Assembly (NCBI GenBank): GCA_937864235.1
Contig: CALMJI010000014.1
Coordinates: forward strand, 5,769-69,768
Origin: an uncultured bacterium
Lineage (GTDB): Bacteria; Patescibacteriota; Minisyncoccia; SW-4-49-11
Length of the DNA stretch: 64,000 bases
Direction of reading: 5' to 3'
Shown here: positions 58,903 through 64,000 of the stretch, in pieces
Layout of the letters: every line of letters starts with the position of its first letter
How positions within the stretch are numbered: the stretch's first letter is position 1
The notes under the pieces: model-generated
The model's input: only the letters and a program-made list of their open reading frames with translations
What the model was told of the DNA's origin: nothing
Databases searched by the model: none
Program-made: the position numbers and the translations under genes

Positions 58903-60087
58903 TTGAATATGTTTGGGTATTGGGTTTTGATTGTTAGTGTAATTACGGGTCAAATTACTAGAATTGGTGATTTTGGGGTTTTGACTGATTTTTTGATTCC
59001 TATTTATTTGGGTTTTTGGTGGTTGACTAGGGATAAACATAAGCCCTTACCTTATTCCTCAAATATTATTTTAGTTGTAATTTGGCTATTGTATTTATTA
59101 GGGAATCTCTTTATAAATTTGAATTTTATACCTGCCACTGGAGGAGAGATAGGCTCTATTCTTTATTGGGTAAGGTTAGCCGCCTATATGTCTCTTTTAC
59201 TACCCTTGATAGATTATAGGTCTCAAAACCCAGAAAAAGTTGACAATCAGTTATGGTATATGGTCTTTGTGTCGTCAGTGACTTTGTCTGTCTTGGGATT
59301 TGTGCAACTAATTTTATTTCCGGATTTCTCTTTTATGGCTCAATATGGTTGGGACCCACATCAGGGGAGACTATTATCCACTTGGTATGACCCGAATTTC
59401 TTGGGTGGATTTTTGGGGTTGGCTGCAGTAATTATTTTGAGTAGGATTTTGGTTTTTTTGAGAGAAAATAAGCTTTGGAATAATAAAAATATAATTTTAT
59501 TGTCTAGTTGGATAATTGGGCTTGGTATTGTAGTAGGAGCCTTGATGCTTACCTATTCTAGAAGTGCTCTATTATCTTTCTTGATTGGAGTTACTATCGT
59601 TACAATTCTAATCTCAAGGCAAACTTTTATCTTGGTGATGATAATTTTATCTCTGATTGTAATCTCTAATCCTAGACTGCAAAACCGTATTCAAGGTGCA
59701 ATTCAAGTTGATGTGACAGCTTCACTTAGAATTCAATCTTGGCTGGAGACTTTGGATGATATTGATAAAAATCCAATTTGGGGTATTGGTTATAATACTA
59801 TTAAGTATCAGACTATTGTCCCATCTGAGCTAAACTCAGCTTCTGGACGAGATAGTAGCCTCTTAACTCTCTGGCTGACGGGAGGGATTATTGGGCTTGG
59901 ATTATTTATACTAATTATAATCAATTCTCTATTAATATCTTGGCAAAAAGTCTCTAAGTCAGGTCTAGAAAGAGTTTGGGGGGTATCGATTATTGCTGGC
60001 TGGGCTTTGATTCTAGTGCATTCGATGTTTGTAAATAGTATTTTCTTCCCACATATTCTTATATTTATTTTATTTTTATTATTATGA
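58903..60087 (+). CDS. O-antigen ligase (WaaL/Wzy_C) family protein
   Basis: GRLLSTW.DPNFLGG, LTYSRSA, LRIQSW, PIWGIG. Confidence 0.87.
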   Translation: MNMFGYWVLIVSVITGQITRIGDFGVLTDFLIPIYLGFWWLTRDKHKPLPYSSNIILVVIWLLYLLGNLFINLNFIPATGGEIGSILYWVRLAAYMSLLLPLIDYRSQNPEKVDNQLWYMVFVSSVTLSVLGFVQLILFPDFSFMAQYGWDPHQGRLLSTWYDPNFLGGFLGLAAVIILSRILVFLRENKLWNNKNIILLSSWIIGLGIVVGALMLTYSRSALLSFLIGVTIVTILISRQTFILVMIILSLIVISNPRLQNRIQGAIQVDVTASLRIQSWLETLDDIDKNPIWGIGYNTIKYQTIVPSELNSASGRDSSLLTLWLTGGIIGLGLFILIIINSLLISWQKVSKSGLERVWGVSIIAGWALILVHSMFVNSIFFPHILIFILFLLL

Positions 60088-61319
60088 GTAGAATATTCTT
60101 TGGACTTGGTTTGATTATTCCGCTATATGTGATTAGATTTACAGTTTTTGGTATTCCGACTAATGTTTTGGAAGTTGGGATTGGATTTGTATTACTAATA
60201 TTTTTGATACAATTTAGAGATTATAAAAATTTATTCCATATTTCTAATTATTGGAATCCAAAGACTCTAATTTTTGGTAGTTTATTAATTTTGGCTAGCA
60301 TAGGGGTGTTTGTAAGTGAGGAATTGAGGTCAAGTCTAGGAATTTGGAAAGCATATTTTGTCTTGCCAATTTTGCTTTTATTAATATTGTCTCAAATGGG
60401 GTCAAAATATTATTTCTCGCTAATTAGGGGAATTATTGGCAGTGGTTTGGTGGTATCTATTATAACTATTGCACAAGTGGTGGTATTGGGACTGGATGGA
60501 GGGTTTAGACCGACGGCTTTATATGCTCTGGGGCTTGATCCAGCTGTGGCACAAGGAGGTTTTGCTAATTATATTGCGATGTATTTGGTGCCAATTTTTG
60601 TCTTGAGTTTGTCTCGTCGAAATATCCCAGTAGAGTTAAGATGGTTTGTAATAGCTGTGTTATTCACAGGTATTATGACAACTCAATCCTACGCGGGCAT
60701 TTTTGCCCTTATAGGGGTATTAGGAATATGGATATTGACTAGAATATCTATTGGCCAAAAAAATAGACAAAATATAATTACTAATCCAATATTAAAACAA
60801 TACCTATTGCCAATTCTGGGAGTGATTATAATTAGCTTAATAGGATTTGGAATATGGCAATTTAATACTCCAAAATTTCAGAGTTTGCTCGATATGAATA
60901 ATCGCAATTCTATAACTACTAGAATCCAAATTTGGGACACTTCAATTTCAATAATTAAAGATAATCCAGTGCTAGGAATAGGTCTTGCCGACTTTCAGAG
61001 AGTCTATGCTGATACTATTCCTTATAAATACTTCCCTCCTTATGAATGGTTAGTACCAGAGCCTCATAACTTATACTTTGCTTTTTGGCTACATCTAGGG
61101 TTGGCAGGTATAATTTGGCTTATTTATGTGCTAAAATATATAATCTTAAGGTTAATTAAATCTATAAAGTCCAACCAATGGGAGATATATTGGCTTAGTC
61201 TAAGTCTCTTGTCTATATTCCTTTACGGGATATTAGATACTCCTTTTTGGAAAAATGATTTATCTCTAGTATTCCTCGTGATCCTATATGGAGTTATGGG
61301 GAAAAGGAAAAAGCCGTAG
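60084..61319 (+). CDS. O-antigen ligase (WaaL/Wzy_C) family protein
   Basis: TRIQIW, PVLGIG, PHNLY..FW..LG. Confidence 0.87.
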   Translation: MSRIFFGLGLIIPLYVIRFTVFGIPTNVLEVGIGFVLLIFLIQFRDYKNLFHISNYWNPKTLIFGSLLILASIGVFVSEELRSSLGIWKAYFVLPILLLLILSQMGSKYYFSLIRGIIGSGLVVSIITIAQVVVLGLDGGFRPTALYALGLDPAVAQGGFANYIAMYLVPIFVLSLSRRNIPVELRWFVIAVLFTGIMTTQSYAGIFALIGVLGIWILTRISIGQKNRQNIITNPILKQYLLPILGVIIISLIGFGIWQFNTPKFQSLLDMNNRNSITTRIQIWDTSISIIKDNPVLGIGLADFQRVYADTIPYKYFPPYEWLVPEPHNLYFAFWLHLGLAGIIWLIYVLKYIILRLIKSIKSNQWEIYWLSLSLLSIFLYGILDTPFWKNDLSLVFLVILYGVMGKRKKP

Positions 61320-61336
61320 GGTAGCTACGGCTTTTG
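61310..61336. terminator. Bidirectional terminator
   Basis: aaaagccgtag-ggtag-ctacggctttt. Confidence 0.8.
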
Positions 61337-61351
61337 TGGGTTGAGCTAAGT

Positions 61352-61735
61352 CTAGCTCATAGGGGGATTTGGTGTATGAAAGAGACCCCATAATAGTGTG
61401 ATATATTCTTCCATTTTTTCCTCATCACTACATATTGTTAGAGAATAATTCTCGCTCAACTTTCTCAAGCTCTGAGCTTGAAAGGAGTATTTAAAATGTT
61501 CTAGATCTAACAGGAGTAATGATATATTGGAGTCAGGTTTAAAGTCTAAAGTCAGATATGAGATGAAATCTCGGTTTTCTAGAAAACCTGGAACACACTT
61601 CATACCTTTACTCAAGGCAATTGCCAGCATCCTGGCAGTGCTTTTGTAGTGATGGAAACGGAATCTTACTAATTCTTTCTCCCTCTTCTTTTTGCCAGTA
61701 ATTTTGTCAAAAAGACGGGTGATGGAGTTAGCCAT
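61352..61735 (-). CDS. Orphan protein
   Basis: 127 aa; minus-strand TTGACA promoter at about 61766-61794. Confidence 0.55.
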   Translation of the reverse strand: MANSITRLFDKITGKKKREKELVRFRFHHYKSTARMLAIALSKGMKCVPGFLENRDFISYLTLDFKPDSNISLLLLDLEHFKYSFQAQSLRKLSENYSLTICSDEEKMEEYITLLWGLFHTPNPPMS

Positions 61736-61866
61736 AACGGTGCTCTGTGAGCAGGGAACGAAAAAACTATATCATAAAAACTATAAAATGTCAATAGCTA
61801 TAGACAATATACTTTAATATAGATATTCTTTTATAACAATCTAAAAGAAAAAAGTAGCTCAGGGAG

Positions 61867-62088
61867 CTACTTAGGTTTATCTTTTCTATTTCTTGAGGAT
61901 CTAGGGTATATTATTAGTATAATACCTATACAGATCAGAAATATACTTAGATATAAATTGATATTTTGATGGTTAAATTTATTTTGAAATATATTTTTTA
62001 CTCCAAAAAATCCAGTATATATACCTAGTAAAATCCCCAACTGATATTTATTATATTGTTTAATGAAATTTTGAAACAGTTTTTTCAT
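61867..62088 (-). CDS. Small two-TM protein (73 aa, MKKLFQNF...)
   Basis: Likely true start is ATG 62088; the upstream extension in the ORF track runs through repeat DNA. Confidence 0.5.
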   Translation of the reverse strand: MKKLFQNFIKQYNKYQLGILLGIYTGFFGVKNIFQNKFNHQNINLYLSIFLICIGIILIIYPRSSRNRKDKPK

Positions 62089-62179
62089 TGTTTTAACAAA
62101 GAAGCCAATATAATATACTATAAATTTAGCTAATTGATAAGAGTGTGTGTTGGGATTGAAAATTGAGGGATAGTTTTTT

Positions 62180-62452
62180 TTGTCCTCCTTTCTACCTACG
62201 GCAGATAAATGGAGGAGGTGGTCTTTAGGTCGGAGGTGGATTTGAGCTAAATTCCCCTCTTGAGGGGTGGACAGCTTTGCTGGACGGGGTGTAAAATAAA
62301 ATATATTCAAATTATAAAAATACTCCACCCCACCGCCTAAAGACGGCACCCCTCAAGAGGGGAATTTTTTAGAGCAAACAGGCGACTGAAAGGTCACCCC
62401 CTCCTAAACTAATAAAGTATGGGAGGGACAAAAGCCTACTAAGGGAGACAAA
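62180..62452. repeat. Composite palindromic repeat
   Basis: tgtcctcc..ggaggaggtgg..ggaggtggat; inverted pair attcccctcttgagggg / cccctcaagaggggaat; aggcgactgaaaggtcaccc. Confidence 0.85.
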
Positions 62453-62474
62453 ATTACAGGAAAAAAAGGCACCT

Positions 62475-63581
62475 CTACCTCAACGGGACTTTGTATAAAT
62501 TATTGTCTCGGCGGTTTATAAAGAATAACTCGGTTCCTGCGGAGTTGAGGAATAAATCTCTAGAATCTACACTTCCAATATTACTAGATAATTGACTGGC
62601 TGTAGCTGTATCTATATCTATTTTATATAAACTTTCATTAAATTCTCCTAAATTAGAGGTGTAATAGTCATCAGGTAAAATTTTAGTATTAGCAACTTCT
62701 GGTTTGGTGAAATAAGCGGTTTTACTGTCTGAGCTCCAAACTATTTTCTCAGCAATAGTTCCTACATCTGGAATTTTGGATAATTCAAAACCAGCTTTAT
62801 CCACTATGGATAGGGCTAATTGTCCGCTACCCCTCTCGGTATTATAGGATATAATTCCAATTTCTCCATTAGGTGACCAAGAGATATTCAGCCCATTTTT
62901 CTCATCTAGAACGGAAGTTGCTTGCCCAGTATCTATATTGATGATTCTAAGAGCAGAGGCTCTATAACTACTAGGTACTAGAGTTTGGCTAATACTATTT
63001 TTTAAAGGTATAGTTTTTAGAAATACTGCATTTGAGCTTAGAGTTATAATTTTTGTCCAATTAGATCCATCAGCATTACTAACGGATAAATCTACAGTGC
63101 CATCTTTATTTTGAAAGGTATAAAAAACTCTATTATCTGATAAAAATTGAGCTGAGCTAACATCAATTGGGAAAGCATAAGATATATTCTCAGCATAATT
63201 ATAGCTATAAACTCTATTTTGAATTTTGGTTAAGACATATGGAGAAGTTGGTGCCCAAGAAACTGATGTCAGTCCAGTCAAAACAGTCTCATCTAATATG
63301 GTAGACTCTCCCCCACTGGCAGGAATTCTAAAAGTTTGTCCTTTATCTAATGAATAATATCTAATACTATTTTTATCATCAATAGTAGCATTAACTATGG
63401 TAATATCTACTAATTTTGATGCTGTTAAAGCTGTTGTTTTATTCTCAGTTTCCTCAGATTGGGTCTCTTTAGGTTTAGGGGCTTCTGGAGGACGAGAACT
63501 ATATTGAAATATCAAAAAGCCAACTATACCTAAAGGTATTATTGTAATAGCTAGAATAAGTAATAATTTTGTTTTAGACAT
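62475..63581 (-). CDS. Membrane-anchored TolB/WD40-like beta-propeller protein
   Basis: N-terminal TM; VSWAP, ISWSPNG, IVWSSDS repeats. Confidence 0.75.
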   Translation of the reverse strand: MSKTKLLLILAITIIPLGIVGFLIFQYSSRPPEAPKPKETQSEETENKTTALTASKLVDITIVNATIDDKNSIRYYSLDKGQTFRIPASGGESTILDETVLTGLTSVSWAPTSPYVLTKIQNRVYSYNYAENISYAFPIDVSSAQFLSDNRVFYTFQNKDGTVDLSVSNADGSNWTKIITLSSNAVFLKTIPLKNSISQTLVPSSYRASALRIINIDTGQATSVLDEKNGLNISWSPNGEIGIISYNTERGSGQLALSIVDKAGFELSKIPDVGTIAEKIVWSSDSKTAYFTKPEVANTKILPDDYYTSNLGEFNESLYKIDIDTATASQLSSNIGSVDSRDLFLNSAGTELFFINRRDNNLYKVPLR

Positions 63582-63585
63582 AAGT

Positions 63586-64000
63586 TTATAAATTTAGGGT
63601 AAATATATCATCGGATACAGCTTCCTCATCCATTTGAGCTTTAGCTGCTTGAATTTTGAGTAATTGTTCAGGGTCTGAAGTTATGATTTGGTCTTCTCCA
63701 TAAGATGCAACTACTTTTATAGCTGCGTGTTTTAATCCAGCAAAGAAAATACCTTCTCCTACATCTGACTCTAGTAATAAGAATTTTTCTTCTTCAGTTA
63801 GATAAAAGGTATCTTTAATAATATCGATTGAGGCTGGTGATTGTTTTAGTAAAATCTGAATGGAAGAATTGGTAAGAATAGCCTTCCCATATTCAGAAGC
63901 TAGGAAATCCGCAATATCCTGAGTAATAGTAGTAAGCCCAAGATAGTATTTACGCGCTCTTTTGGCTAGAGAGAATAGGAAAGATGCCACTGCTTTATCC
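63586..64000 (-). CDS. VirB4/DUF87-like ATPase, C-terminal part
   Basis: AKRARKYYLGLTTITQD, NSSIQILLKQ, GEGIFFAG. Confidence 0.85.
   Translation of the reverse strand, partial: DKAVASFLFSLAKRARKYYLGLTTITQDIADFLASEYGKAILTNSSIQILLKQSPASIDIIKDTFYLTEEEKFLLLESDVGEGIFFAGLKHAAIKVVASYGEDQIITSDPEQLLKIQAAKAQMDEEAVSDDIFTLNL

Noticed and set aside
8442..62452. CRISPR array or integron attC interpretation of the repeats
   Set aside because: Copies are dispersed and composite, not regularly spaced direct repeats; no cas or integrase gene and no cassette array.
1..64000. Alternative genetic code 25 (TGA = Gly)
   Set aside because: Long conserved genes such as dnaE, uvrB and dnaA are uninterrupted under code 11.
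63586..64000. Conjugative element (ICE)
   Set aside because: Only a partial VirB4/DUF87 ATPase, a family common in CPR chromosomes; no relaxase or integrase in the window.

Overview
AT-rich chromosomal segment, most likely from a Patescibacteria/CPR bacterium. This is inferred from gene content: double-domain ThyX, CPR-type pilin domain, DUF3048, VirB4/DUF87 ATPase and ComM; standard genetic code 11. The window spans the replication origin (comM-dnaN-oriC-dnaA, then divergent rpmH-rnpA-yidC). It also carries housekeeping genes (alr, thyX, dcd, ftsEX, prfB, ychF, rpsF-ssb-rpsR-rpsT, holA, uvrB, dnaE), envelope genes, and a type III restriction-modification locus (mod-rhuM-dinD-res). Five things stand out. 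(1) A dense family of modular, nested GC-rich palindromes occupies about 10 intergenic sites. (2) Five copies of one module sit in-frame inside the type III Mod gene. (3) A MITE-like shell with TG..CA ends and 5-6 bp target duplications carries these modules. (4) A ~50% GC cyanobacterial aldehyde-deformylating oxygenase gene stands alone, without its partner reductase. (5) A ~400-nt GC-rich, hairpin-packed segment between speD and alr may be a structured RNA. No tRNA, rRNA or CRISPR array was seen. All calls come from reading the sequence by eye; no searches were run.
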